A stretch of DNA of 64,000 nt, from positions 4,833 to 68,832 of the IMG/VR virus record IMGVR_UViG_3300005543_000001. One strand, 5' to 3'. The stretch is from a virus (lineage: Duplodnaviria; Caudoviricetes). Positions 1-8,983 of the stretch are shown here, in pieces. The first letter of the stretch is position 1. Each line of letters opens with the position of its first letter. The notes below the pieces were generated by a model. It had not been told where the DNA came from. It was given only the letters and a program-made list of their open reading frames with translations, and did no database searches. A program made the position numbers and the translations under genes.

Positions 1-1
1 G

Positions 2-130
2 GCCGCTTTTGACAAGCTCGATGAGCGGGTCCGCGCGGCCATCGTGCGCGGTGCCCGCTTCGAGGACGACCGGCTCATCGGGCAGATCATGCCGGTCGTC
101 GAGCGCGTCCGAGGCGCGGTTCTGTCATGA
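2..130 (+). CDS. Partial hypothetical protein (3' end)
   Basis: Open frame AAFDKLDERVRAAIV...AVLS*; stop overlaps next ATG (ATGA). Confidence 0.4.
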   Translation, partial: AAFDKLDERVRAAIVRGARFEDDRLIGQIMPVVERVRGAVLS

Positions 131-282
131 GCGACAAGAAAGACCGCGGCGGCAGCGGGAAGCGCGCTGACTCAGCTGATCCCAAGCGCTTTCGCGACTG
201 GGCACCCCCTCCGCCGCCGCCTCCACCGCCAGCGAAGGAGCCAGCGAAGGAAGCGCCGACGCGGGATGCGCCCAAGGAGTAG
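127..282 (+). CDS. Small Pro-rich hypothetical protein
   Basis: MSDKKDRGG...PPPPPPPPPAKE; ATGA coupling. Confidence 0.35.
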   Translation: MSDKKDRGGSGKRADSADPKRFRDWAPPPPPPPPPAKEPAKEAPTRDAPKE

Positions 283-329
283 GAGCTGCCCGTAGCAACG
301 ACTTCTCGCTCAGGCCGATACCCGCCAGC

Positions 330-515
330 ATGCCCGCCCCCTCCGCACGCTGGACTGTCCGCCGCCTCGAACTCGGGCGCACCACCTTCGACGTCATCAC
401 GCCGGCCGGCCGCATCACGCTCGAGCTGATGGACGGCGGGGGGTACTGCGCGAGCTTCGGGGTTTGGCGGATTGAGGGGTGGGTCGTGCGGGTGGTGGAG
501 GCGGGGAGTGGGTGA
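330..515 (+). CDS. Hypothetical protein
   Basis: 61-aa ORF, non-shadow composition. Confidence 0.35.
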   Translation: MPAPSARWTVRRLELGRTTFDVITPAGRITLELMDGGGYCASFGVWRIEGWVVRVVEAGSG

Positions 516-525
516 GGCCGCGCCT

Positions 526-1086
526 CTATGGCGCGTTGCAGGCGCTACCACCACCACCAGTCTCTGAGAGACGCTCGGCGACTCTCTGAATTCGAGCGAC
601 CGCTTCCTTCTTTGCTCGGCTCAGTGAGGTGAGCGCGACGAATCCGATGGCCACGGTAAATATCACCAAAGCAAGCGGGGGCGATCCAAGTAGCATATGA
701 CGTCCGACCACTTCTCCGAAGCGAGAGTGCAGGTCCTGAAGTCGCGCGCGCACGCCGGAGTCGTCGATCTGAGCGATGAGTGCGGCGCTCTCTGTTTCGC
801 ACAGAGATTGTGGCGTCATCGCGATCGTGAAGAGGACTCTGCCAAGAGTCATCCGCTCCGCGAAGCGGAGTGACCCGTTCAGTACGTATCGAAGATGCGT
901 GTAGGCAGGCGAGCTGAATGGGATATTGCCATCGGCGGCATATAGGAAGAGCTCGCGACGAAGTGCAAAGAGGTCCTGTCGGAACGCCGCGTTGATTGCG
1001 GGCAGGTAGCACCAGCGCCAGGCACTGAACAAAGCCAAAACTGAAACGGCAGTCAAAATGGCTGTCGCTGTCAGTCTAGCCTCCAT
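526..1086 (-). CDS. Membrane protein (N- and C-terminal TM segments), possible moron
   Basis: Hydrophobic ends; visibly more AT-rich than the phage core. Confidence 0.65.
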   Translation of the reverse strand: MEARLTATAILTAVSVLALFSAWRWCYLPAINAAFRQDLFALRRELFLYAADGNIPFSSPAYTHLRYVLNGSLRFAERMTLGRVLFTIAMTPQSLCETESAALIAQIDDSGVRARLQDLHSRFGEVVGRHMLLGSPPLALVIFTVAIGFVALTSLSRAKKEAVARIQRVAERLSETGGGGSACNAP

Positions 1087-1516
1087 CCTTATCCTCCGGC
1101 CGGGGTTTGCCCGTCTCGTCTAGGCCACTCGATGTTCGCATTGGGTCGAGGCGCCGCTCAAGTTCCGTTGCGTACTCAGGTCTCTGTTTGGCAAGACGTC
1201 GGTTAGTGCGCAGCAGGATCGCAGAAGCGGTCGAACTCACTGTAGCCACGATGTACGCGATCCATTGGTCCGCTCGAATTTCACCGAGGACTTGGAAAAA
1301 CGTGATGGTCTGACGACCCGCGAGTTCCTTCGCCGAAAGATAGACGCAGAACGCACAACCGACCACTCCGATCCATGTGATGAATGTGCGTGTCGTTCCC
1401 CAGACGCCGTCCCAAAAGACCATCTTCTGGTGAATGTCAGCAAGCTGAACTTCCTTAGACTTGGTCAGCTTTGTCTTGGGGGCGCCCGCGCCCCCGCCGC
1501 CACTACGCTTCGACAT
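1076..1516 (-). CDS. Two-TM membrane protein, possible moron
   Basis: Start MSKR with GGGAG RBS; two hydrophobic segments; overlaps start of next gene. Confidence 0.65.
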   Translation of the reverse strand: MSKRSGGGGAGAPKTKLTKSKEVQLADIHQKMVFWDGVWGTTRTFITWIGVVGCAFCVYLSAKELAGRQTITFFQVLGEIRADQWIAYIVATVSSTASAILLRTNRRLAKQRPEYATELERRLDPMRTSSGLDETGKPRPEDKDGG

Positions 1517-1898
1517 TGTGCTCCCTACGCCACAAGGGCTTGTGGTCGGGCGCCTCCGTACAGGCGGCACGCCACAACAGGCCGCGAACGGTCACGCGCC
1601 CCGCGCGTCCTACCCCCGTCCGCAGCTTGACCTTCGGCCAAGCGGACACCATCATCGAAGCCGTGACGCGACGATGCGGGTACCCACAAGGCGCTTGCTC
1701 AGTCACAGAGAGTCCGCGGGCAAACGCGGGCTCTCTTGCTTTTTAAGCCGTGAGTTTTTGCTCGATGGCTTGTTCCCCCTTCAGTCGACGACATGGCCGA
1801 ATCGACCAGCGCGCGTCATGCCCACATAGTTGTCTGGGATCACTCCTTACTGGTCAAGGGTTCCAGGCACGGTTTCTTGCGCAGCTAGCGCCTTGAAA

Positions 1899-2120
1899 TG
1901 TGGGGACTTATCGTTGTCCACAGGCGTCTCTACGGCGTCTCCACACTAGTCCACATGTTTGTCCACTTCTTGCTCACATTTAACCGAGCAGCGAAGGAAC
2001 TGCCGTTCGGGGGGTTCTTAAAAACGTATGAATAGAGCAGATTCAATAAGTTGCTTGGCTCATTGGTAAGAGGTGTTTGCTCCGGCGCGGAGCCCCACTT
2101 AGAGAAGTTATCCACAGGCG
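1899..2120. repeat. Cluster of TCCAC(A) motifs: candidate integrase arm sites (or DnaA-like boxes)
   Basis: TTGTCCACAGGCG 1914-1926, TCCACA 1940 and 1950, TCCACT 1962, TTATCCACAGGCG 2108-2120; AT-rich middle. Confidence 0.45.
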
Positions 2121-2158
2121 AGTTTGCGGGTTGATGTCTAGTCTGGACATTCGCGTTT

Positions 2159-2869
2159 TCACGCGACCAACGGGCCGCTCCCCTCGCTCCCGCCGAGCTC
2201 GGCCGCGATCTCCGCCGGCGTCATCCCCCAGAACCGATACCTGAGCGTCCCCCGTGGCTCGCGCAGCGCGCGTACCCACGCCAGCCACAGCGGCGACGCG
2301 GGCTCGACGAACCACTGCCCACCGCGGCCGCCGCAGCCGGGCACGAAGCGTCTGGCGTAGGAGTTCCACGTACAGTGTCCCGGCGTCGCATGACCAACCA
2401 CGGTGACCTGCCGCCCGAGCGCCTCGCACGCGTCGCGCAGCTCGTCCGCAAAGCCGCCATCGCCACCCGGGCCGGGTTCCCTGTCGTCCTCTCGCGCCTC
2501 GTCGACGTCGCGGCCGGTGTCACAGGCGTACAGCACCACATGTGCATCGCGCGCCGCCTGCTGGGCGAGGGTCCGGGCCAGATGAAGAATGGTGTTCCGC
2601 TGCCAACCGGCCTGCAGCCCGTCCCGCCAGCCGTGGCAAAAGAAGGCGAGCACGTCGAGCGGGGCAGCGCTTTCGATCGCGCGCACACAGACCGCACGCC
2701 GGCGCAGGAACAGCTCACGCGCAGGGAAGCGCGCGATGATCGCGTCGGGGTTCTGGCCGTGACAGCGAGCGAACGCGCGCGCCTCGGGTAAGAACGCACC
2801 CGTCGCATCGCTCTTGCCCACCGTGTTCTGGTCGGGCACGAGACAGAGCATGCGCGACTGCGGCATCAC
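2159..2869 (-). CDS. Hypothetical protein with caspase/CHAT-like His-Gly...Ala-Cys motifs; candidate lytic enzyme
   Basis: VLAFFCHGW and VVLYACDTG; last gene of lysis region. Confidence 0.45.
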   Translation of the reverse strand: MMPQSRMLCLVPDQNTVGKSDATGAFLPEARAFARCHGQNPDAIIARFPARELFLRRRAVCVRAIESAAPLDVLAFFCHGWRDGLQAGWQRNTILHLARTLAQQAARDAHVVLYACDTGRDVDEAREDDREPGPGGDGGFADELRDACEALGRQVTVVGHATPGHCTWNSYARRFVPGCGGRGGQWFVEPASPLWLAWVRALREPRGTLRYRFWGMTPAEIAAELGGSEGSGPLVA

Positions 2870-3138
2870 TTGCGCTCGCCTCGAGCAGCGGCGGCGATGG
2901 CTTCCTTCTCGAGAGCGGCCTTGGCGACCTTACTCTTGCCGCGCTTGATGACCCCGAACCACGTGCGGTCGAGCTCGCCGTCACGCTCGAATACCGGGAT
3001 GCCGAAGATCCGGATCGACGCAGGCTCCGTCCGCGCACGGACGGGCTGACCCTCGACCGTGACCGCGACCTCGTACGCCGCCTGCGCGGCGCCCACCGCA
3101 CCGCTTGCCGCACCTAGCGCGCGCTTGAGCTTAGACAT
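2866..3138 (-). CDS. Hypothetical protein, lysis region
   Basis: MSKLKRALG start with AAAGGAG RBS; coupled to neighbours. Confidence 0.6.
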   Translation of the reverse strand: MSKLKRALGAASGAVGAAQAAYEVAVTVEGQPVRARTEPASIRIFGIPVFERDGELDRTWFGVIKRGKSKVAKAALEKEAIAAAARGERK

Positions 3139-3505
3139 GCTTGCTCCTTTCACGTCGGGCCGCGAGCGCGCCTTGCAGCTCGGGCGGCAAATCGGCCTCC
3201 TCGACGAGCTCGTCCTCGGTGGGCATCTCGACTGCCTGGCCGTCGACCATGATGACGGCGGCGAGGTGCCGCTCGAGCGCGGGCAAGATCTCCAGCGCGG
3301 CCAGGTCGCCGGCCTCGATGTACTCGCCGGTCGCCTCGGTGATCCATCCCGGCGCCGCGACGGGATCGCCGCTGTCGTCGAGCTTGAGGTCGCTCGGGTA
3401 GGTCGTCTGATCAGACGATTCCACGCGAACAGGTAGACCCTCCGCACAGCGAAGCGCGCGCCGCAGAACACGCGCGTGTGCCGGGGTGCAGACGAGGAAG
3501 CTCAC
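3131..3505 (-). CDS. Hypothetical protein, lysis region
   Basis: 124-aa ORF overlapping both neighbours. Confidence 0.6.
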   Translation of the reverse strand: MSFLVCTPAHARVLRRALRCAEGLPVRVESSDQTTYPSDLKLDDSGDPVAAPGWITEATGEYIEAGDLAALEILPALERHLAAVIMVDGQAVEMPTEDELVEEADLPPELQGALAARRERSKHV

Positions 3506-4023
3506 AGCGGCCCCCTTTTCGGCGGTCGGCCCGTGTCGGCGTACTCGAGCGGCTCCACGGGGTTGCCTTCGCCAGGAATCCGCGACGGCGGCGGGAAGCG
3601 ACTCGGCGATAGCAACGGAAGTGGCGTGGGCGTGGCCGGGCGCATGCTCTGCAGCTCAGCCTCGATGAGCAGCTCGAGTTTCTCGTCGCTCACGTCCGAG
3701 AGTAGCCCCGGTGGCGCGCTCGAGCGCGCGGCAGACTTGGCCAGCTCGAGCTTCTCACGACCGTTGCGTGGGCCGATCTTGATGAGCCCGCGGGCGAGCT
3801 TGTTGGCCTGCTCCTCAGCGTAGGCGATGACGCGGCGAACCACCCGGATGATTGTCGCCTCCTGCTGCGCCTCGACCTTGAAGCCGGTCACCTCCGAGAA
3901 CTTCGCGAGCGCTTTCTTGGCGAGCCAAATCGCGGCGACGCTCAGCAGCGCGAAGATCGCTGTGATCGCGATGGCCGCCGCCGCCAGGAGCGTGGTCGCG
4001 TCCTCGGATGTCAGGTTGTCCAT
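3502..4023 (-). CDS. Holin, LL-H-like
   Basis: N-terminal TM, then VIAYAEEQ...GREKLELAK pattern typical of LL-H holins. Confidence 0.7.
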   Translation of the reverse strand: MDNLTSEDATTLLAAAAIAITAIFALLSVAAIWLAKKALAKFSEVTGFKVEAQQEATIIRVVRRVIAYAEEQANKLARGLIKIGPRNGREKLELAKSAARSSAPPGLLSDVSDEKLELLIEAELQSMRPATPTPLPLLSPSRFPPPSRIPGEGNPVEPLEYADTGRPPKRGPL

Positions 4024-4405
4024 GTGTCCCCCCCGCAATGACTCGTCGCAGCTCGTCGTTCTCGATGCGCAATCCCATGATGGCCGTCGCCTGCTGCGCG
4101 TTCTCGCGCTCGAGCTGGGCAAGCTGCGCACGCAGTTCGAGCGCCTCGCGCTGCACGTTCCCGATGACGTTGAACGCGACCAGCGCGAGCTCGGGCGCCG
4201 CGAACGACTTCGCGGGCGCGCTCGGGCGCACAGGCGCGGGCGGCGGCAGGGGCAGGGTCGGCGGCGGCAGACTCTTGTCGGCCTTCTGCAGGCGCTTGTC
4301 TGCCCCACGTTTGAGCAACGCGAACCCTAGCGTGACCACGGCCGCCAGCGCGCCGCCTGCGCTCTTGGTCAGCGTCTCGCCATTCTCGGCCCACCATGTC
4401 TGCAT
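3815..4405 (-). CDS. Membrane-anchored coiled-coil protein, lysis region
   Basis: TM near N-terminus plus heptad region; 3' part overlaps holin by 209 nt. Confidence 0.55.
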   Translation of the reverse strand: MQTWWAENGETLTKSAGGALAAVVTLGFALLKRGADKRLQKADKSLPPPTLPLPPPAPVRPSAPAKSFAAPELALVAFNVIGNVQREALELRAQLAQLERENAQQATAIMGLRIENDELRRVIAGGTHGQPDIRGRDHAPGGGGHRDHSDLRAAERRRDLARQESAREVLGGDRLQGRGAAGGDNHPGGSPRHRLR

Positions 4406-4420
4406 TCACGACTGCCTCCT

Positions 4421-5959
4421 TCACGCCGACATCGCGTAGCGCTGCGCGAGGTAGTCCCACCAAATTTGACGGTCGACATCCGTCAGCACCTTCCGAAAGA
4501 AGATCGACTCGGCCCACCTCATCGCAGCGGGCGTCGCGCCGGCCGTCGTAGACGCGCCGAGCATCATGGGGTAGCCAGCGTTCCCACCAGGGGCGGTGAG
4601 CCCGTTCCCCGAGGCCAGCAATGTCCGCTTGTGATAGGACGCCCACTCGTTGCCGGGGCGGTTCTTCTGGTAGTACATGCCGACGAACGTGGGGGCATTC
4701 AGCACGACTGCCGATCCACCTGCTGGCGCCACGACTGCACCGGAGTTGCCGCCAATCACCGGCAAGCTTCCGCCCGTCGTCAGGTCCAGCTTGTGGAGGT
4801 ACCGAGGATCGGTGGTGGCGGATCCGCCGACTTGATGCAGCGTGAACGCGGCTGCTGCCGTAGGCGCGAGCACGTGCCAATGCTCGCCGCCGCTGAGGCC
4901 GGATATTACGTTCGACCAGGAGAACGTCGGCAGGCTGTACTGATAGCTTTGCGCTGCTGCACCCGTGAAAATGCCCACGGGCTGATTGTTGAACTCAACA
5001 TCAGGCGCAGGCGTTGCAATCTGCCGCGTGGTCGTAGCCTGCGGCCAGAGCCCACCGCTGCCAGAAAGCTCCTTCAGCTCGGTTACCTTGCCGGCCGCGA
5101 TCGTGACGTAGTCAGGGCGCAGCCAGGAGTAAGGATCGAGCGCGAGGACTTGCCTCTCGGCATTGCTGAATGAGAAGGCGTGCGCGTCGATGCCGTACGT
5201 CTGCTGCACGTAGTCGCGCAGCTGCTCGCGCTCGTACGCGTTCAGGATGCGGCTGAAAATGAACGTTTCGCACCAGCGAAACTGACCGAAGCTGCTACCC
5301 GGTCCACCCGCCGCCGTGCTGTTGCGCGCGCCGAGGCGGAAGGGTCCTGCCGTGCCCAGATACGGCGGGTCTGCGCCAGCGAGTACGGTCTGTGACAGCG
5401 CGTTCACGTGCTGCACGTTCTCCTGCATGTTCCCGTAGAACTTTTGACCATGCCAATTGAACAGGTAGGGAACGCCGGGATAGCCCGGCTTGCCGACGCC
5501 AGTCGCGATCAGCGTTTGCGCGATGAGCGTGCCCGCATTGTCCGTGACGGCGACATACGTATCGTTGGTCGTGTGGTGCGACATGAGGTGGCCTTGGCCG
5601 GCCGACCCCATGTTCGTGCTGGAGACGACCCGCGTGTTTCCTGCCGCCGCCGTGTTGACCAGGACATGCGCGATCTCGCAGCTGCTGCCGTCGTGCATGA
5701 ACGTGAAAAAGGAAACGGGCGCATCCGAGGTCACGTGCTGCGTGCCCGTGAACGCGATCGAGGGCGCTCCATTGAACAGCGCATCCGGTGCCGGTGCCGC
5801 GATCACGCCAGCCGAGACGACTAGCGAAGAGACGCCGCCGATTAAGTCTGGCAGCGAGATCAGGTTGGTCCCATCCGTCACTGCCTGGGCTGCCGAGAAG
5901 TGGAAATTCGGCCGCAACGCCTTGGCACCGGCAGGTCGTCGGGCATAGCCGGGTCGCAT
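4421..5959 (-). CDS. Receptor-binding/fibre-associated protein with two tandem LamG/ConA-like domains
   Basis: Duplicated motifs PDALFNGAPSIAF / PDVEFNNQPVGIF and WCETFIFSRILNAYER / WAESIFFRKVLTDVDR; TGATG coupling at start. Confidence 0.65.
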   Translation of the reverse strand: MRPGYARRPAGAKALRPNFHFSAAQAVTDGTNLISLPDLIGGVSSLVVSAGVIAAPAPDALFNGAPSIAFTGTQHVTSDAPVSFFTFMHDGSSCEIAHVLVNTAAAGNTRVVSSTNMGSAGQGHLMSHHTTNDTYVAVTDNAGTLIAQTLIATGVGKPGYPGVPYLFNWHGQKFYGNMQENVQHVNALSQTVLAGADPPYLGTAGPFRLGARNSTAAGGPGSSFGQFRWCETFIFSRILNAYEREQLRDYVQQTYGIDAHAFSFSNAERQVLALDPYSWLRPDYVTIAAGKVTELKELSGSGGLWPQATTTRQIATPAPDVEFNNQPVGIFTGAAAQSYQYSLPTFSWSNVISGLSGGEHWHVLAPTAAAAFTLHQVGGSATTDPRYLHKLDLTTGGSLPVIGGNSGAVVAPAGGSAVVLNAPTFVGMYYQKNRPGNEWASYHKRTLLASGNGLTAPGGNAGYPMMLGASTTAGATPAAMRWAESIFFRKVLTDVDRQIWWDYLAQRYAMSA

Positions 5960-7560
5960 CAGGCCAGGTCTCCCGACGCGATCCATGACGTGGCGGTCAT
6001 CTTCGTTGCGTAGGCAATCGAGTTTCGCTGCCGCAGCTTGAGCGTCGTGCCAGCAGGGTTGAGTGTGTCAGGGCCGGCAATCGCGAACGATGGTTGGCCT
6101 ACGCCGTACCAGAGGAGCCCGAGCACGGTGCCGATCGGAAACGGTACCGTGCTGTTCGACGGGATGGTGAAGGTCTGCGATGCAGCGTTGCTGCCTCGGA
6201 CGAGCACGTCCTTTTTGCCGTCGGTCAGCACGAACGTGTAGGCGGTGCCGGTCTGGTCATTGAACGTGAGAACGTCGCTGCCGCCAGCGCTTGCGACCGC
6301 AGTCTGCAATGCGTTGAGCGCGGTCGTAACGGTAGCGCCGCCGCCCGTCACGCTTGATTGATTCGCGAGGTCGCTGGAGCCCGTGGGGATGGCTTTGGCG
6401 TTGAGCGCGTTGAGCGCCGTGGCCACCGTGGCGCCACCAAAGCCAGCATCATTTTTGATTTGCGATGCGAGGTAGTCATCTGCGACGGGAACCACCGCGC
6501 CGGTCCGGCCGAACACGCTCGGCACCGGCACCACGAGATCCGCCTGCGTGGCGAGCGGACGGATCACGAACGGCGTGACCTGGTCAGCCTTCGTGACAAT
6601 GACGACGGCATTCGGCTTCAGCAAATAGTCCGCGTTGCCGGGACCCGCGAAGCTTGAGCCTGCGCCATAAGTCGAGGCCGAGTGCTTCAGCGTGATCGGC
6701 ACGTTGCCGGGGTTGTAGACGAGGTAAGTGCGGACGTATCCGTCGGGGCCAGGACTCGCCAAGCCAAGCACGGTTTGCGGAGTAGCCGCGCTGAAGGCAA
6801 TGGCGGACACGTCCACCACTGACCCGCTGGAGTCGGCGTCCATTGGCCCGGTCAGCGTGATGGCGAGGGTGCGGCCCGCGATGATCGCGGCGCCGATCAT
6901 CACTTCATCGGGGATGGCGTCAAAGATGATGTTGGCACCTCGGCGCAGCTTTTTAAAGACGAGGTCCGTGCCGACCTTGCCGCTGATAATTGACGCCTGG
7001 CCAGCGGTTACGAGGGAGGTGTTGACTGCCTGGTTGACTTCGCCACCAGCCGGTCGCGCGTTGAGCGTGTTGAGTGCTACAGTCACCGTCGCGCCCGTGA
7101 CGGCCGACTCATTCGAGACGTCGTCGGAGCTACTACTGCCGCCAGTGGTACCAATACTCGTCTTTAGTGACTCCAGAGCATCCGAGACGGTCGTCCCCGT
7201 GACAGTCGATTCGTTGGCGACGGCATCGGACCCGACGTTGCCGCCGACAACTGCAGACGCGATGTCTGCGTTCAAGGTATTGAGCGCGAGAGTGACCGTC
7301 GCGCCGACGACATCGGACTCATTGGTGATGTCGTCCGAAGAGCTGGCGCCAGTGCCATCCCCACTTGTCGCTGCTAGCGCTGCAAGGGCCTCGGCAACCG
7401 TGTTGCCATCCACCCCCGAGTCGTTTCGAACTTCCGACGCGGCGTAGTCGTTTGCTACCGGCAGCACAACGCCAGTGCGACCAAAGACGGAATCAACCGC
7501 CCCCCCGCCGCCGGTGCTGGTACCACTCGGGGCAGCGAGGTTCTTCGCGAGATTCGGCAT
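5959..7560 (-). CDS. Tail fibre-like protein with repeated shaft motifs
   Basis: Six xNxSxVxGxTVxxALxxL repeats; two SVFGRTGxVxP motifs. Confidence 0.7.
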   Translation of the reverse strand: MPNLAKNLAAPSGTSTGGGGAVDSVFGRTGVVLPVANDYAASEVRNDSGVDGNTVAEALAALAATSGDGTGASSSDDITNESDVVGATVTLALNTLNADIASAVVGGNVGSDAVANESTVTGTTVSDALESLKTSIGTTGGSSSSDDVSNESAVTGATVTVALNTLNARPAGGEVNQAVNTSLVTAGQASIISGKVGTDLVFKKLRRGANIIFDAIPDEVMIGAAIIAGRTLAITLTGPMDADSSGSVVDVSAIAFSAATPQTVLGLASPGPDGYVRTYLVYNPGNVPITLKHSASTYGAGSSFAGPGNADYLLKPNAVVIVTKADQVTPFVIRPLATQADLVVPVPSVFGRTGAVVPVADDYLASQIKNDAGFGGATVATALNALNAKAIPTGSSDLANQSSVTGGGATVTTALNALQTAVASAGGSDVLTFNDQTGTAYTFVLTDGKKDVLVRGSNAASQTFTIPSNSTVPFPIGTVLGLLWYGVGQPSFAIAGPDTLNPAGTTLKLRQRNSIAYATKMTATSWIASGDLA

Positions 7561-7566
7561 GATGGA

Positions 7567-7983
7567 TCAGCCTCTCGAGATCAAAAATTGACACCGTGCA
7601 TTCGCGCCCGCGGCGCCACCTGCGGTGCGGACAAAAAGCAGCTTGGCGCGGACACCTGGCACGTTCTCGAAGTTGACCAGTGCATTCAACAGCACGTTGT
7701 TCCCAGTCAGCGAAAAGCGACCAAGACCCTCCGCCCCGTCCGCTTCGGTGACGCGGGTGAACGGTTCCTTGTCGTCGCCGCTGATCCACAGCTGAAAGGT
7801 CCCCGCTGGCGCGTCGGTCGGCGCGGCCGTCTTGCCACCTGTGCTGTCATAGACCACGCACTGCACCGTGAGCTGCCCACTGCTCGGAATCGAGAAGCTC
7901 TCCGCGCTCGCAAGAGCTTGGTTCGGCCCACCCGAGCCGAGATGAAAGGGTCCGATTCGGATCGAGCTGCGTTCATTGGCCAT
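7567..7983 (-). CDS. Hypothetical virion-associated protein
   Basis: 138-aa beta-rich ORF in tail operon with RBS. Confidence 0.55.
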   Translation of the reverse strand: MANERSSIRIGPFHLGSGGPNQALASAESFSIPSSGQLTVQCVVYDSTGGKTAAPTDAPAGTFQLWISGDDKEPFTRVTEADGAEGLGRFSLTGNNVLLNALVNFENVPGVRAKLLFVRTAGGAAGANARCQFLISRG

Positions 7984-7992
7984 GGTTTCCCC

Positions 7993-8736
7993 TTAGACGT
8001 AGTCGACGTGGGTCACGATCCAGCAGTGCTCAGGGCAGTACTTCAGCAGCATGCGCTCGAGCTCCGCACGACGAGTTGCAGGGACCTGCGCCTTCACGCT
8101 GATCGGCGAGCCCGACCAGTAGACAAAGTAGGGCCACGCATCGGGGTCGTCGGGGACACCGGGCGGCGCATTCGGTGTGAGGTTGTCGTTGACCAGGTAC
8201 CCTGGCTCGTTCCGTAGGAAGCGATTGCACTGCGGGTACAGATCCGACAGCGTGACTCCGTCGGGCAGCGGGTCGGGCGGCAGCATCTCGGCCGCCGTGC
8301 ACTGCGCGAGCGGTTCGCCACACTGGACGGTCCCGATCTCCGGCTGCGTCGTGTATGTGCGAGGGTCACGTGCCATGTACGGCGGGCCCGATGTCCACCA
8401 CTCGTAGAGGTAGACGTCGAAGCCCGCCGATCGGACGAGCCCCTCGAGATAGCTCGGGGACTGCCCACCCTGTGCCGCCCACGTCACGGCAAGCTGCAGC
8501 CGTCGATCCGCTTCGGTCGCCGCAGGCAGCAGCCCGAACTGCCGCTCCCACAGCGCGAGCTCGTCGGTCGCATCCGGGAAGATCCCGCGCCACGTCTGGT
8601 CAAGGTGCGCCCGGACGTCCGCCGGCGCGGCCGACAGCCCGAGCCAGTACCGCCGGAGAGTGGTCTCGATCGTCAGCCGCCAGGCGGTCGCCTGCGGTAG
8701 GAGGTGCTGGTAGATCCGGAAGAAGAGCATCAGCAA
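7993..8736 (-). CDS. Baseplate wedge protein (Mu gp48/DUF2313-like)
   Basis: YQHLLP...AW, ELALWERQFGL, GGQSPSYL motifs; position after gp47-like gene. Confidence 0.8.
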   Translation of the reverse strand: MLMLFFRIYQHLLPQATAWRLTIETTLRRYWLGLSAAPADVRAHLDQTWRGIFPDATDELALWERQFGLLPAATEADRRLQLAVTWAAQGGQSPSYLEGLVRSAGFDVYLYEWWTSGPPYMARDPRTYTTQPEIGTVQCGEPLAQCTAAEMLPPDPLPDGVTLSDLYPQCNRFLRNEPGYLVNDNLTPNAPPGVPDDPDAWPYFVYWSGSPISVKAQVPATRRAELERMLLKYCPEHCWIVTHVDYV

Positions 8737-8757
8737 CCTCTCTCGTGCGCCTACACC

Positions 8758-8982
8758 TTACGTGCCTCGCGTGTCGGTCCGTGGGTCGACCTCGGTAGGC
8801 ACTGCCATCATCTGCTCGAACAGAACATTAATCGCGGGCAGTCCGAAGCCCGCGCGCTCGAGCACTTCGACGCCGAGAAGGATCAGCGCGATTCCATGGT
8901 CGCGATCGAAAACACATCCCTCAAGCTGCACTTCGATCTGCGCGGCACGGTCACGAAGGTCAGGTCGAACCTGCCGCAGCAC
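8758..8982 (-). CDS. Small hypothetical protein (possible fibre chaperone)
   Basis: GTG start right after fibre stop; 74 aa. Confidence 0.35.
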   Translation of the reverse strand: MLRQVRPDLRDRAAQIEVQLEGCVFDRDHGIALILLGVEVLERAGFGLPAINVLFEQMMAVPTEVDPRTDTRGT

Positions 8983-8983
8983 A

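Noticed and set aside
1899-2120. Chromosomal oriC
   Set aside because: Only one perfect DnaA box, no dnaA/dnaN context, and it lies at a prophage edge.
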